A stretch of 63,675 nucleotides of DNA, counting the filler, from Chrysochromulina tobinii (taxonomy: Eukaryota): assembly GCA_001275005.1 (NCBI GenBank). It is 7 parts of 7 records of this genome, joined end to end, with 100 filler letters (N's around TTAATTAATTAA, not from the genome) between each part and the next. Parts side by side here need not be neighbours in the genome. Positions count along the whole stretch, not along the records: positions 1 to 17,931 come from JWZX01000702.1; 6 more parts are not named here. One strand, given 5' to 3'. Positions 1 to 11,244 of this stretch are shown here, piece after piece. The notes beneath the pieces are model-generated. The model did no database searches. It was not told the DNA's origin and saw only the letters and a list, made by a program, of their open reading frames with translations. Numbering within the stretch: position 1 is the first letter of the stretch; each line of letters starts with the position of its first letter. The position numbers and the translations under genes are program-made.

Positions 1-17
1 ACCCCCATCTCCCATCG

Positions 18-2009
18 ATGCCCCCTCATCCGCCATCGCAGCCACCGCCGCCATCGCCTCCACCTCCTTCGCCCGAGCCATCCCCACCGCCACCACCATC
101 GCCATTTCCATTGCCGCCAACGCTACCACCCTCACGGCCACCCTTCTCACCGCCACCCTCACGGCCACCACGCCCGCCTGTGCCGCCCTTGTTACCCCCA
201 CCCCCACCTCCACCCCCACCTCCGCGGTCACCGCCGCCACCGCCGCCACCGCCGCCACCGTCGCCGCCCCTACGTCCGCCTCCATCGCCACCGCCGCCCT
301 CGCCCGTGCCTCAGCTGCCACCATTGCCACCTTCGCCACCATTAGCCCCAAGCCCGTCGCCCGAACCATCTCAGCCGCCACCGCCTTCGCCCCTGATGCC
401 GCAGCCGCTCTCGCCACGTCCACCCGCACGACCCCCATCACTGCCGTCACCGCTCACGCCGCCACATCCGCCGTCGATGCCGCCATCCCTGCCGCCATCC
501 CTGCCTGCCGACCAACCTGCGTATGGAGTCTTCACGCTCATCGTCGTCGTCGACGCGACTATCGACACCTTCAACCAGACAGCCTACATCGTGGGCCTGG
601 CTGCCCTCCTCGGCAACGTGCCCAGGAGCGCGATCCAGCTCTCGGTCACCGCGGGCAGTCTCATAGTCCGTGCGACCGTACTCGTGTACAGTGCCGCCGC
701 GTACAGTTCGCTCATGGCGCGGATCAACTCCATCACGCCCGCCCAGCTCGCAGCGGCTACTGGCACTAGTGTGTTGACGATCAGCGGGGTCACTGCCACC
801 CTGCTCTTCCCATCGCCGCCACCACCGCAGGCGGCGCCACGTGTACCTTCGGAGCGTACCGACATTGCCAGTGCCGTTGTTATCTGGGCGCAATTGTGGT
901 GGCTTCTCATTGCGCTCGGGATCGGAGTGGGCGTGCTCTTGTTCGGGCTCTGGGCAAGGTGGCTCTGTTGCACCACCTCAGCGGACGAAAAGAGCCCTGC
1001 CACACCGACGCACGAGGCACCGGCGCCGATACCGGTAGACTTAGCAGCCTCGACGGAGTCTTACTTGGCGATGGCTGCGACGGCAGCGTCGCGAGAGCCG
1101 CGGCTGGCCGTGCACGGTCCCGAGGACGACGAGGAGGCGGGGGTCTACGATGAGTTTAGCGGCGGCTATTATCGCCGCGGGGATTCGTTGGTCTACGACG
1201 ATGAGACGACGCGGAGGCGGCAGAAGGCGGCGGCGATGGATCTGGACTACATGCCACCTGCCATGCCTCGGCAAGAGGACCTCGGCTCGATGAAGCCAAG
1301 CCTGCCGCCCGTCGAAGCTGCAGATGCGACCGACGTCCTCGCGCAGTTTTGGTACGATGGTTACATGGCTGGGAACGCCGCCCCAGCCCCACTTGAGCTT
1401 GGCGTAGCGGCGACTCAGCGCACACGGACCGAGCTGCGACGCCTTGCCGGCAGCCCCGGCTCGCCGGTCATGCGCACGCCGGCGCCCTCTTCACACCCAG
1501 GGCGGGAGACCTTCCGGGCGGGACGCCAACGACCGCTGGCCGCACTGCCGCCGGCGCCGCCGGCCAACCCACCGCAGCCCCCAGAGTGGGTTTTGGACGT
1601 GACGTCTCCCGTTGAGGTGACTCCTGTAGATGATTCCGCGACCGGCTTCACGCCGACGCGCAGCTCTGCGGGCTCAAGCGCCATTGAGCGTGCGCGTGCC
1701 GCCAGGCAAGCTCGGCTAGGAGGGCTAAAGTCCCGTTTCGAGACGTCCCCATTGGCGGCCGAGTCATGCGCACGGTCGCCCGTCGACCATCTCATGTCCA
1801 GATCGATGCCATCACCGTCTACGAGCCCCGACGGCTCAATGGAGCCAGCAGTCGCTCCCGGAAGCATCGCTGCCCTCAACGAAGCGCTCGTGTACACCGG
1901 CGACTACATGGCGAGTGTCGCGCCGGTTTCGTCGCTCAACGTGCCCACCGATGAGGTCCAGCCTCGACTCTTGTTCTTTGGAAATGTCACAGACACAATC
2001 CGTTTGTGA
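18..2009 (+). CDS. Proline-rich (extensin-like) single-pass membrane protein, probably 5'-partial
   Basis: 663-aa ORF: poly-Pro/Ser-Pro N-terminus, a ~100-aa globular segment, a hydrophobic helix (LWWLLIALGIGVGVLLFGLWA) and a disordered tail. Confidence 0.6.
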   Translation: MPPHPPSQPPPPSPPPPSPEPSPPPPPSPFPLPPTLPPSRPPFSPPPSRPPRPPVPPLLPPPPPPPPPPRSPPPPPPPPPPSPPLRPPPSPPPPSPVPQLPPLPPSPPLAPSPSPEPSQPPPPSPLMPQPLSPRPPARPPSLPSPLTPPHPPSMPPSLPPSLPADQPAYGVFTLIVVVDATIDTFNQTAYIVGLAALLGNVPRSAIQLSVTAGSLIVRATVLVYSAAAYSSLMARINSITPAQLAAATGTSVLTISGVTATLLFPSPPPPQAAPRVPSERTDIASAVVIWAQLWWLLIALGIGVGVLLFGLWARWLCCTTSADEKSPATPTHEAPAPIPVDLAASTESYLAMAATAASREPRLAVHGPEDDEEAGVYDEFSGGYYRRGDSLVYDDETTRRRQKAAAMDLDYMPPAMPRQEDLGSMKPSLPPVEAADATDVLAQFWYDGYMAGNAAPAPLELGVAATQRTRTELRRLAGSPGSPVMRTPAPSSHPGRETFRAGRQRPLAALPPAPPANPPQPPEWVLDVTSPVEVTPVDDSATGFTPTRSSAGSSAIERARAARQARLGGLKSRFETSPLAAESCARSPVDHLMSRSMPSPSTSPDGSMEPAVAPGSIAALNEALVYTGDYMASVAPVSSLNVPTDEVQPRLLFFGNVTDTIRL

Positions 2010-2554
2010 TGCAGTCAAGCAGAGAGGAAGCCCAACAAAGTAAGAAGCGTTGAGCGATAGGACTCGACTAGGCACTTAAAGGCGAGGAGGGACGCCGTCC
2101 CCGGCACCACACATATGGCATTCCCAGTCACGTACTCGTATAGGACCGAATAGCTATCGTATACTCTGGACCGCTGGGGAACCGCCGGGGCGCGGGGGAG
2201 AGGCTCGTTCACGAAGCGGAGGTCCGGACACACAGTATGGGACCGCGCCCGATGCCCGCCGGATCTGCGATCCGTTAACGTCAGGTGATAGGTTTAGGAC
2301 CCCGGTGTGTAACGTTAGGTGCTAAAAGCTGAGAAATTGCGTTATGATCGATAAGCTGCAGCTTGTCCCTGCACACGATAGACGGCTTGGCGTCCTTGTA
2401 ATGTGGTCGAACGGCCGCTTATCTCGCGGTCACCCCGCGCGCGCGTTATGTCTTTCACAGATCACACACTACAAATGAACTACATCTCTACTTGTATATC
2501 GTTCGGAGGTATCTCGCGTCGGCGATCGCCCGCAGCGTCCGGCGTCGATCGTCG

Positions 2555-3814
2555 TCACAACTCATCGCGCCGCCGTGAGTCAGCGTACACCTTCTTGAGC
2601 CAGTTCCGCTCCCGCGCGTCAAGGGTCGCGCGCTCGTCGCGCGGCCGCCGCTGTGGCTGGCTGCGCTTGCGCATGAGGTCATGGTAGGTCGTCTCGGCCC
2701 GTCGGTTGCCCATCTGACGCGCCTCGCCGAGCAACCGAACGGCTTCTTCGTATGCCCCCTGCCGCCAGCGCACCAAGGCAAGGTTGGATGCGGCGTGGCA
2801 GTCGTCGGCGGCCGCCCGTGCAAACTGCTCCTCAGCCGCAGTCACATTGGGCCCAGCGAGGCCGTCGGAGGCGGCGCCGCGTGCGAGCACGAGACCTAGC
2901 TCATTCTGCGCGCGAGCAAAGCCAGCGACGGCCGAGATGCGAAGGAACTCGATGCGCCCAGGTGTTCCGGGCGGGAGGCGGAAGTAGTGCAGGAAGGCAC
3001 GGATCGGGTCGCCCGCCGCGGCCGCCGCCGCGTCCCACCGGGCGTGTAGCCGACTGTCGCACCGCGCTGCATCGCCCTCGCCCTCGCCGTCGTTGCCAAA
3101 CCACGTGACCCACGACCAGCGAGAGCCGCTGTTCACGCGCACGCCGTGGAGGAGGTCGCCGGCGTGCACGACGGCATCGCCGCCGCGGTGGAGATCGAGC
3201 ATCTGCGGGCGCGCCTGCCCGCCAGTGTGCACGAACAATCCGCCCTCGTACTCGTCCTCGGTCAGCGACAGCGACACCACCACTGTCGCCAGAGCCTCGA
3301 GGTCAAAATGCTGCGGGTGCACTCGGCGCTCGGAGGGCAGGTAGCGGCGGATGAGCGACGAGCATGCGACGCAGCCGGCAGCGCCGCAGACGCCGCGCCC
3401 GTACCGTGCGGTCACGAGCGGCGCCAAGCGTTCCGTCATCAGCGTGCTCAGCAGCGGGCGGAGCGCAGCCCTCGCCGCCATCTGCTGCTTATGCCCATCA
3501 CCGCCGGGATCGGGTCCGGCGCGCCGCTGCGTCGTGTACTCGCCGTCATTCCACACCCACAATTCGTGCGCGGCGTAGCCGTCGACAGAATCCTCATGCT
3601 GCTCGAACGGAAGCGACTCCGGAAGCGCTCCGCGTATCGCACGCACCTCGTCCAAGGAGAGCAGCGATGGATGCACAACAAAGGCAGCGCTCTGGTTGAT
3701 GCGCGGCCATGACATGGATCCCTCGAGCGCGCCAGTGGCGGTCTCGTTGAACGCAGAATAGGTCTCGAAACGCGCCTCAAACGGCGGAGGCCACGTCGAG
3801 GGCAGCGACTTCAT
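2555..3814 (-). CDS. 2OG-Fe(II) oxygenase (prolyl-hydroxylase-like) with C-terminal SEL1/TPR-like repeats
   Basis: HxD (HPQHFD), distal His and Arg (LLHGVRVNSGSRWSWVTW); SEL1-like GFARAQNELG and AASNLALV; ends in RDEL. Confidence 0.7.
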   Translation of the reverse strand: MKSLPSTWPPPFEARFETYSAFNETATGALEGSMSWPRINQSAAFVVHPSLLSLDEVRAIRGALPESLPFEQHEDSVDGYAAHELWVWNDGEYTTQRRAGPDPGGDGHKQQMAARAALRPLLSTLMTERLAPLVTARYGRGVCGAAGCVACSSLIRRYLPSERRVHPQHFDLEALATVVVSLSLTEDEYEGGLFVHTGGQARPQMLDLHRGGDAVVHAGDLLHGVRVNSGSRWSWVTWFGNDGEGEGDAARCDSRLHARWDAAAAAAGDPIRAFLHYFRLPPGTPGRIEFLRISAVAGFARAQNELGLVLARGAASDGLAGPNVTAAEEQFARAAADDCHAASNLALVRWRQGAYEEAVRLLGEARQMGNRRAETTYHDLMRKRSQPQRRPRDERATLDARERNWLKKVYADSRRRDEL

Positions 3815-4086
3815 CCGAACCGCGCCTGTCTAACGTTGTGCGGATGGAAGTCGCCCGCGCGGAGAGATGGCTCTTCATTGAGGCGCGCGCGCACGTAAGT
3901 TCATTTGAATAAACCCAACACGTAACGATACGACCGAAAGTTCACATCCTCAGATTCGTACATGTATCAGTTCATGTATCGAACGATCCTCCTTCGAAAG
4001 ATGTTTGCCGCCCAGGCACCCTTCTGTGTGCCCATCATCGCTCGCACGCCGTCGAACGCAGGGCTTCGATCAGCCGAGTCCAGTGG

Positions 4087-6264
4087 ATGGACCAATTTGG
4101 CGAAGCGTACGACGATGGATCGCCCGAGTTCTCGGCGAGGGCGCGGGGCCAAGTTCGCGCGAAAGCAGCCCTTCTCGAAGTGTCGGAGTCGACGACGGCA
4201 CGCCTTCGCACAGAGCTGAGTGAGGTGAGCGTCGCAGCGGCCGCGGCCGAGCGTGCGCTGCAAGCCGCGCTCGCCGAGGCACACGCGGCCGTCGAGGAGC
4301 TGCGCTTGCGCCTGAATGATGCAGAGGCAGAGGCATCGCACCAGCGTGCCACGGCCGACGATTTACGTAGCGCACTCGCCGCGCTGACCCTCGAGTACCA
4401 TGGGGTGTGCGCGCAACTGCGGGCCGCCGACGAGGCGAAACGCAATCGGGGAGCGGCGCTGGACGACGCCCGTGCGGCGACGCTTGCCAGTGAGGCGGAG
4501 CGTGCCACGCTGCAGTCGCTGCTCGACGAGGAGCGCAGCGGCCTCACTCTCAAACGTCTCGAACAGCTGCTCACCTCGCCCTACGCCCCTGCCTCGTCCG
4601 CCGCCTCCGCCACGCAGGCGACCGTGCCCAGCCCATCGCCGGAGGCGGTGGATGCGCCACTGCCCGCGGCGGTCGGCGCGCGGCTAGCCGACCTCGCGCG
4701 CACCACCGAGAAGCGTGTTCAGGCCGCCGAGGCGGAGGCGGCGCGGTTGCAGCTGGCGCTCAACTCTGCGCCTACAGCGGAGGCCCTCTCGGCGCAGGCG
4801 CAGGCAGCCAACGACGCTCGCGCGGTTGCGCGCGCGCTGGGCATGCAGCTCAAGGAAGCCGCACGCGAGCGTCGGCAGGCAGAGGCGGCTGCCGCTGCCG
4901 CGTGCGAGAGGGCCGGGGCGGCCGAGGCAGAAAGGGAGGCTCTGTCCCAGTGCCTGACCTCTGCTGGTGTGTCGCTCCCGGAGGCCGCCGCCGCTGCCAC
5001 ACCCGCCGCTCCCGCCGCAGTGAGCTATGCACGGCCAACGTCGACGAGCGATCGGCGGCACTGCGAGGCGCCGGTACGGCGCGCGACGAGCGCGCTGCCA
5101 CGCACACAGCCGGCAGCGCGCGCGAAGACAGTGGGAGCGGCGGCGGCGGCGGCGGCGGCTCCGGTGCTTGCGCAGGCGAAGGCGAAGCGACCGCCCGTTC
5201 TCGCGACAGCAGTACCCGTCGCTAGAGCCGTCGCGAGCGCCGTCGCGAGCGCGGTTCCCCAAAAGGTCAGCTCTGTCTCGTCTGCGGCGGGCAAGGCGAG
5301 CGGCGGGGGTGGTCCTGCTCGGAGCCCTGCACACGGAGAGGCGGCGGGCGGCTGGGACCCTGGCGAGATCGGGGAGATTGGGGCGACGGCCTCGATACTG
5401 CTCGCTTTCCTCAACTCGGCGGCCGCGTTGCTCGAGCGTCCGCTACCTGGACCTGAGCTGTTCGGAAGCGACGCGAGCCACAGCGTGGCTGGTGAGGCCG
5501 ACGAGGCCGAGAGCGTCGTCACGGGTATGCATATGGCTGCGCCGATGCCCCCACGGTTGGCCGTGGCCGTGACGCGCGCGCCCGTGACGACGCTCTCGGC
5601 CGATGGGGCGGAGGCGGTACAGGCGCGTGCGGCGCAGACGCTGCGTCGGCTGAATGCATACGTCGAGCGCGCACACTCGACGGCCCCGTTGATGGCATGC
5701 GTGCACAGGTGCGCGCGTGCGCTGCGCGGGCGACGGCAGTTACGCTCGCGGGATCAGCAGCAGGCCGATGGCTCCCTTGAAGGCGTGTGTGCCGAAGTCG
5801 AGGAGCTCGTCTCCGATGAGGCGGCACGCGCCTCGGACTGGGGTGGGGTGCCCACGGCAGTGGCGAGCCATCTGATGCGCCAGCTGCAGGCCCAGCTGCA
5901 GGTGCCGTACGTGGGCGACATTTTGCCGCGCATCGCCGAGCTCACCCGTGCCGCGCGCCTCGCCCTGACCATCCTCGAGCACCTCAGGGGTGCTTTCGAC
6001 CTCCCACCGAGCGCCTCGATTGAGAGCTGCCTGGGAGCAGCCCAACGCAGCGCCCACGCGAAGCGCACCCTCGACGGGCTCAGCGCTCACCTGTGCGCGC
6101 TCGTTGGGGTCGACAGCCTCGAGGCGCTCATTCCGGCCGTGCGCCACCTGTGCCTTACCCACAAGGGCCGGGCGCTTCCCTTGACGGCGCGCGCGATGCT
6201 TGGGGGCGGCGCGTATGATGCTTATGCAACAGGGGCATATGCGGCAGCGGTGCTGGGAAAGTAG
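4087..6264 (+). CDS. Coiled-coil protein, CEP70-like C-terminus
   Basis: Long Ala/Glu/Leu heptad region; C-terminal QLQVPYVGDILPRIAEL and LVGVDSLEALIPAVRHL resemble the centrosomal CEP70 C-terminus. Confidence 0.5.
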   Translation: MDQFGEAYDDGSPEFSARARGQVRAKAALLEVSESTTARLRTELSEVSVAAAAAERALQAALAEAHAAVEELRLRLNDAEAEASHQRATADDLRSALAALTLEYHGVCAQLRAADEAKRNRGAALDDARAATLASEAERATLQSLLDEERSGLTLKRLEQLLTSPYAPASSAASATQATVPSPSPEAVDAPLPAAVGARLADLARTTEKRVQAAEAEAARLQLALNSAPTAEALSAQAQAANDARAVARALGMQLKEAARERRQAEAAAAAACERAGAAEAEREALSQCLTSAGVSLPEAAAAATPAAPAAVSYARPTSTSDRRHCEAPVRRATSALPRTQPAARAKTVGAAAAAAAAPVLAQAKAKRPPVLATAVPVARAVASAVASAVPQKVSSVSSAAGKASGGGGPARSPAHGEAAGGWDPGEIGEIGATASILLAFLNSAAALLERPLPGPELFGSDASHSVAGEADEAESVVTGMHMAAPMPPRLAVAVTRAPVTTLSADGAEAVQARAAQTLRRLNAYVERAHSTAPLMACVHRCARALRGRRQLRSRDQQQADGSLEGVCAEVEELVSDEAARASDWGGVPTAVASHLMRQLQAQLQVPYVGDILPRIAELTRAARLALTILEHLRGAFDLPPSASIESCLGAAQRSAHAKRTLDGLSAHLCALVGVDSLEALIPAVRHLCLTHKGRALPLTARAMLGGGAYDAYATGAYAAAVLGK

Positions 6265-6944
6265 CAGGAGTTCCGGTGTTGCCACTCGTCTTGCCCGTGC
6301 TATCTGCAGAGATCTCTGGCCTCGTTCGTTTGAGACGTGCTGGAGAGAGTGGTGCTCAGTGCACAGTGGTGCAGTGTTGCGTGCACCTGCACGGTCCGCG
6401 TATGTCCGCGACAACGAACGACAGCTGAAACCGGACCGGACGCAGCGGCGCAGGACGGTGTGGACCGCCGGCGACCGCCGCGACGGACACACGTTGGGTT
6501 GGATCTTGGTGAGCGCATAAGCGCGGTGGGCAGTCGGTCGGGGCGCCCGGCGCGCGGGGCCGCGAGCCCGCGTTCACCACCGCGTCACGGCCCCCGCCCG
6601 CGCTCAACATCGGACGAACTCGCCCGCCCCCCCACCCGGTTGCATGTGCTTTGCACACAGTGTTTTTAGTTATGTCTCCAAAACAGTCACGAGAACTCCG
6701 GCACATGGCACTCAGGAGACGCACCGGTGGACACCGACGCGAGATGGTACGAGCGCGTAGACTCAGGTGGACACGCGATGGTATTCCAAGACATGTCACA
6801 TGACGACAGTGCAGATGACATGGCACTCTCCGGAGCTCAAACAGACCAGAATTGGGGTCGCTTGCTGCCCTCTGCACGCAGGGTATGGGGTAGAGAGTGC
6901 CTGTTCCTGCCTCAATAGCTTTGGAGCGCTACTCAATCTGTGCC

Positions 6945-9900
6945 TCAGCTGCGCGTGAGCTGCTGCCGCTTGGCCAAGCGAGTGCCCTGGCCAGGGGATG
7001 GGGGGGAGGCCTCCTCGGCGACCTCGCCGGCGCGCCGTCGCTTGAGATCGGCTGCATGCAGCCCGACCGCAAGCACGCCGCCTTCGTCGGCGCCCCCGGC
7101 CTCTGTGGCATAGGACTGCGACGGCGACACGCGGCCCCCTGGTGGTGAGCCGAGAGAGCGACGGGCCAACTGCCGGGCTTCTGGCACGGGTGAGCTCGAG
7201 CGCGAACGTGACGAGCGAGAGTGGGACACGCCCGCCGAGGTGCCGACCTCAGTGCGATTCTCAGACGAGCTCGACGTGTTACGCCGTGTGATACCCTCGC
7301 CCTCTCGCTCACCCTCCGATGTACTGCGGTGAGGGTAAGATCTGCCGCAATACATATCCTCACGCTCCATCGGCTCCACCGAGTGCGCGCGGGCCTCGTG
7401 CGAGCTAAGGGGACGACCTGCCGTCGATGCCGACGAGATCGACGTGTCCGAGCGCCGAATGCCTTTCTCGGCCGCCCCCCCGGCACTACCGGTCTCATCG
7501 GTCGCGCCGCCGGCGGCTGCGTCCGGAGGCAATGGCGGCTGCGGATCCGGCGCTGCAACTACCGGCTCCGCATCCACCGTCGGCACGCCCATGTGCGCGC
7601 CCTGCGTTGAGAGAGACGCGCCAGCATGGCGCTTGGCATGGCGCTCGTGCTGCATCAGTGAGTCGGCTGACGGCGGGATGGGCGACGGCCCGAGAAGCGC
7701 GTCGAGCATGGCTGGCGTCGGTGCGATGGTGAGGCGTCCGTCCGCGGACAAGACGCCCTGGTGTTCGCCGAGCAACGCGCTGTGGCCGCTCATGACGGAG
7801 GCCCGTGAGCCAGAGGGCACCGTCGGCGAGTAGCGACTGCTCCCGCATGCCTCGCTCCGGGAGATGGCACGCTCCATTGTCGCGGAGGCCCGCGCGCCGT
7901 GGTGGTGGACGCCACCCAAGGCTGCAGCCGGCGCCGCGTTGGGCGCGTATGGGGCAGCAGCGGGCGTCACGTTGTCGCGAGCAGGTGCCGGCGTGGTGGA
8001 GTTGAACCAGTCGCTCGCGTCGCCTTCGTGGAGCTGCACAAAGTCCTCCACAGAGAAGTCCGCAAGCTGCTGCATCTCGAGCTCGAGATTGGACTGCGAC
8101 ATGGACGACATTCCGCCTGTGGAGGTGTCCTTCTTCATGGGGATGCCGCCCATGCGCAGTCCTTGCATATTGCCACTTCGCTGGCCGAAAAAGCCGCCTC
8201 CGCCTCCGTTGCCGCCTCCGCCTCCGTTGCCACCGCCGCCTCCGTTGCCACCACCGCCTCCGTTGCCACCACCGCCGCCACCACCGCCGAGGTAGCCACT
8301 GCCGAGCAACTCGTGGCTGCTGCCGCCGAAGCCGCGGCCGAGAAGGCCGCCGCGGAGGCCTGCCCCGCCAAAGCCAGCCGACAGGTGCGCCGACAGCTGC
8401 GGCAACAGCCCACGCGCGTTCAGGGCGGCGAAGTTGGAGGCGCCGAGGCCGACGCCTGCACCGCCCATCCCGATGCCGCTTAGCCTGGCGTGCGCGAGAC
8501 TCTCTAAATGAGAGAGGTGCTCCAGGGATGAGAGCCCTTCCCAACCGCCCAGCCCGGCGCCGCCGAGCAGCCGCGACGACGCCGATGAGCCTGAGGGCGC
8601 CGCCACGCGAGGTTGGAAGTCGCGAGGAGGCAACCCGCCATACCCCGTTAGTCCTCCATACCCTAGCCGCTCGTGGGTGGCGTCGGAGACACTCACGGAG
8701 CCGCGATTGGCGCCCAACAGGTTGCTTCCGCTGTTGTTGCGCGGCAACGTCACACCGCTGCCGTCGGTGCCGCCGTGGCCGCCAGGGCAACTAGTGCCAC
8801 CGTTGCCTCCGCCGCCGCCCACGGAGCCGCGATTGGCGCCCATCAGGTTGCTTCCGCTGTTGTTGCGCGGCAACGTCACACCGCTGCCGTCGGTGCCGCC
8901 ATGGCCGCAATGGCAACTATTGCAACTATTGCCACCTCCGCCGCCTGCTCCGCCGACGCCTCCTCCTCCTCCGCCCCCACCGCCCACCACCCCTTGCTGT
9001 GGAGCGCCCGTCTGCGTGCCCATGGGCGGTGCGTGCAACATTTCGGTGGAGCCGCTCCCCCGATTGTTACCTTGTTTGGGCGGCGGCGGCGGAGCCTTGC
9101 TCTTGGTGTCGATCTTATCGGCCGTCTTGCGCTCTGTCTCGACGCGCTTCTGCATGTGCAGCCTGTACTTTTGGAGGTGCGACTTTATGTTTTGGCGAGT
9201 GGGAGCGTTCTCGCCGTGCAGGTCCATGATCTGGGCGATGGCCTGCGGCTTCGCCTGCTCTAGCCCAAGCTCGGCCACGGCGGCCTCGAAGCGATAGTGG
9301 AGGTCGGGTGACCAGACGAAGCGCTGCTTTTGCTGCGGGCCAGGCGGGCCATCTCCTAGGCCACCCAGGCCGCCGCCGCCGCTCAGGCCGCCGCCGCCGT
9401 TCAGGCCGCCGCCGCCGCTCAGGCCGCCGCCGCTCAGGCCGCCGCCGCCGCTCAAGCCGCCGCGGCCGCCGACGCTCAGGCCGCCGCCGAGGCCGCCGCC
9501 GAGGCCGCCGCCGAAACTTCCACCCATGGCCCCACCGCCGCCGCCGCCGCCGCCGCCGAGGCCCGAAGTGCTGTCTGGGCCTCCGCCTAGGCCGCCGAGG
9601 CCGCCGAGGCCGCCGAGGCCGCCGTTCGAAGGCACGCTGCGCGAACGCATGAGCACGATGTCGCCGCCCAGGCTGCCGCCCAAGCCGCTGCCCAGACCGC
9701 TGCCAAAGCTGCCACCCATGCCGCCGCCGCTATTGCCGTTGCCGCAGCCATTGCCGCAGCCATTGCCGCCACAGTTGCCACCGTTGCCGCCGCCGCCCTC
9801 GCCTCCATTGCCGCCCGCACCGCCGGACCCGGCCAGCAGCTGCTGAGCATATTGTGAAGTGATCTGACTGACGAACCGCTCGTCTGAAGATAGACGAGGC

Positions 9901-11026
9901 AGCCCGACGCCGCCGAGGCTGCCGCCCAGAGCGCTCGCCAGCGCACCGGTACTGAATCCGCCGGATAGGCTGCCGCCGAGCCCTCCCGCGAGCCCCGCAC
10001 TCAACGAACTCGCGCCGAGGCTGCTTGAGAGATTCGCCGCGAGGCTGCCGCTGCCGAGGGGTCCGCCGCCGAGAGCACCGCCAAGCCGGCCGCCGAGCCG
10101 GCCGCCGAGCCCGCTGCCCGCCGCAAGGCTGGCGGCAAGGCTCCCCGAGAGCCCTCCCGCCAAATCTCCCGTGAGCAGACCGCTCAAGGAGTGGGCGCCG
10201 CTTCCGAGCCCGCTTCCGAGCCCGCCGCCGAGCCCACCGCCCAGGCCGCCATTCAGGCCGCCGCTTAGAGCGCCACTCAGGCCGCCGCTCAGACTGCCGA
10301 GGAGTGCACTAGAGCCAACGAGGCCATCCGCGCGATCCTGCGGCGAGGGTTAGGGGGCGCACACGCTCAGTCGCGAGAGCGTGGAGCTTTGGCAAGAATG
10401 AGGGTGCACGCACTTCACTAGCCCCCCAGTTGGGGCAAGGGCAGTTGGGGCAGGGGCAGGAGCAGGGGCCGAGTGGAGCACAAACATGCGTGTGTCGGGG
10501 TTTCGGACGTGATTGTGCGTGATTGCATCCTAAATCACGGCCGATAACGAGGCCGCCGTGCGTGTGTGTGCGGGGTGACTCGGACCTTTGCGAGCATCGC
10601 CGCGAGACGTGAATTCAGCTCGTTGCCGCCTCCCGCCGCGGGGCCAGCTGATGAACCCTTGTCTGGCCCCTCGCCCTCCATGCCGCCGCCGTGCAGCCCA
10701 TTGGGGTTGCGCAGGTGCCGCGTGAGCGGGAACATGTCGCGCATCCCCCCGATGCTGGCTCCCAATCCAAAGTATGTTGGCAGGGAGAGCGAGCGTGCGA
10801 GCGATAGGTTCTCCCCCATGGGTGGCACAGGCGTGTGCGCCGCAGCAGCCTCCCCAGCCTCATCTTGGTCGCTCAGGTCCTCCATAAAGTGCGCGAGGGC
10901 GGGCCAAGACGCGAGCTGGTCGAAATTATCATCGGCGCCGCCTCCGCGTGTCCCGCCCGCACCTTGCGGGTAGCCCGTGTGAGCTTCTCGCGCGCCTTGG
11001 TCCGGCATGGAAGTCGTCGAAGGCAT
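6945..11026 (-). CDS. GARP (SHAQKYF-class Myb-like) transcription factor, Gly-rich; predicted intron 10338-10585
   Basis: RFVWSPDLHYRFEAAVAELG...KP...TRQNIKSHLQKYR. A phase-0 GT..AG intron with a CTAAC branch motif joins ORF 10535-11026 in frame to ORF 6945-10187. Confidence 0.8.
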
Positions 11027-11244
11027 AAGATGAAGAAGGCTGAAGATGAAGAGACCTTCGACAAAATGCCAGATTTTTCATTGGCAAGGAAGTTTCGTCC
11101 GGTTTGCTTCGTTCTTCCAGCGGCAGGGGTGGGCTGTGATTGGAGTGCACGACCCACACGTGCCCCTCGCTTTGGACTGACATGTCCTACTTGACTTGAT
11201 TTGTCTTGACTTGGCTTGTCTCGCGGGTCGCGTCCTTCAAGAGA

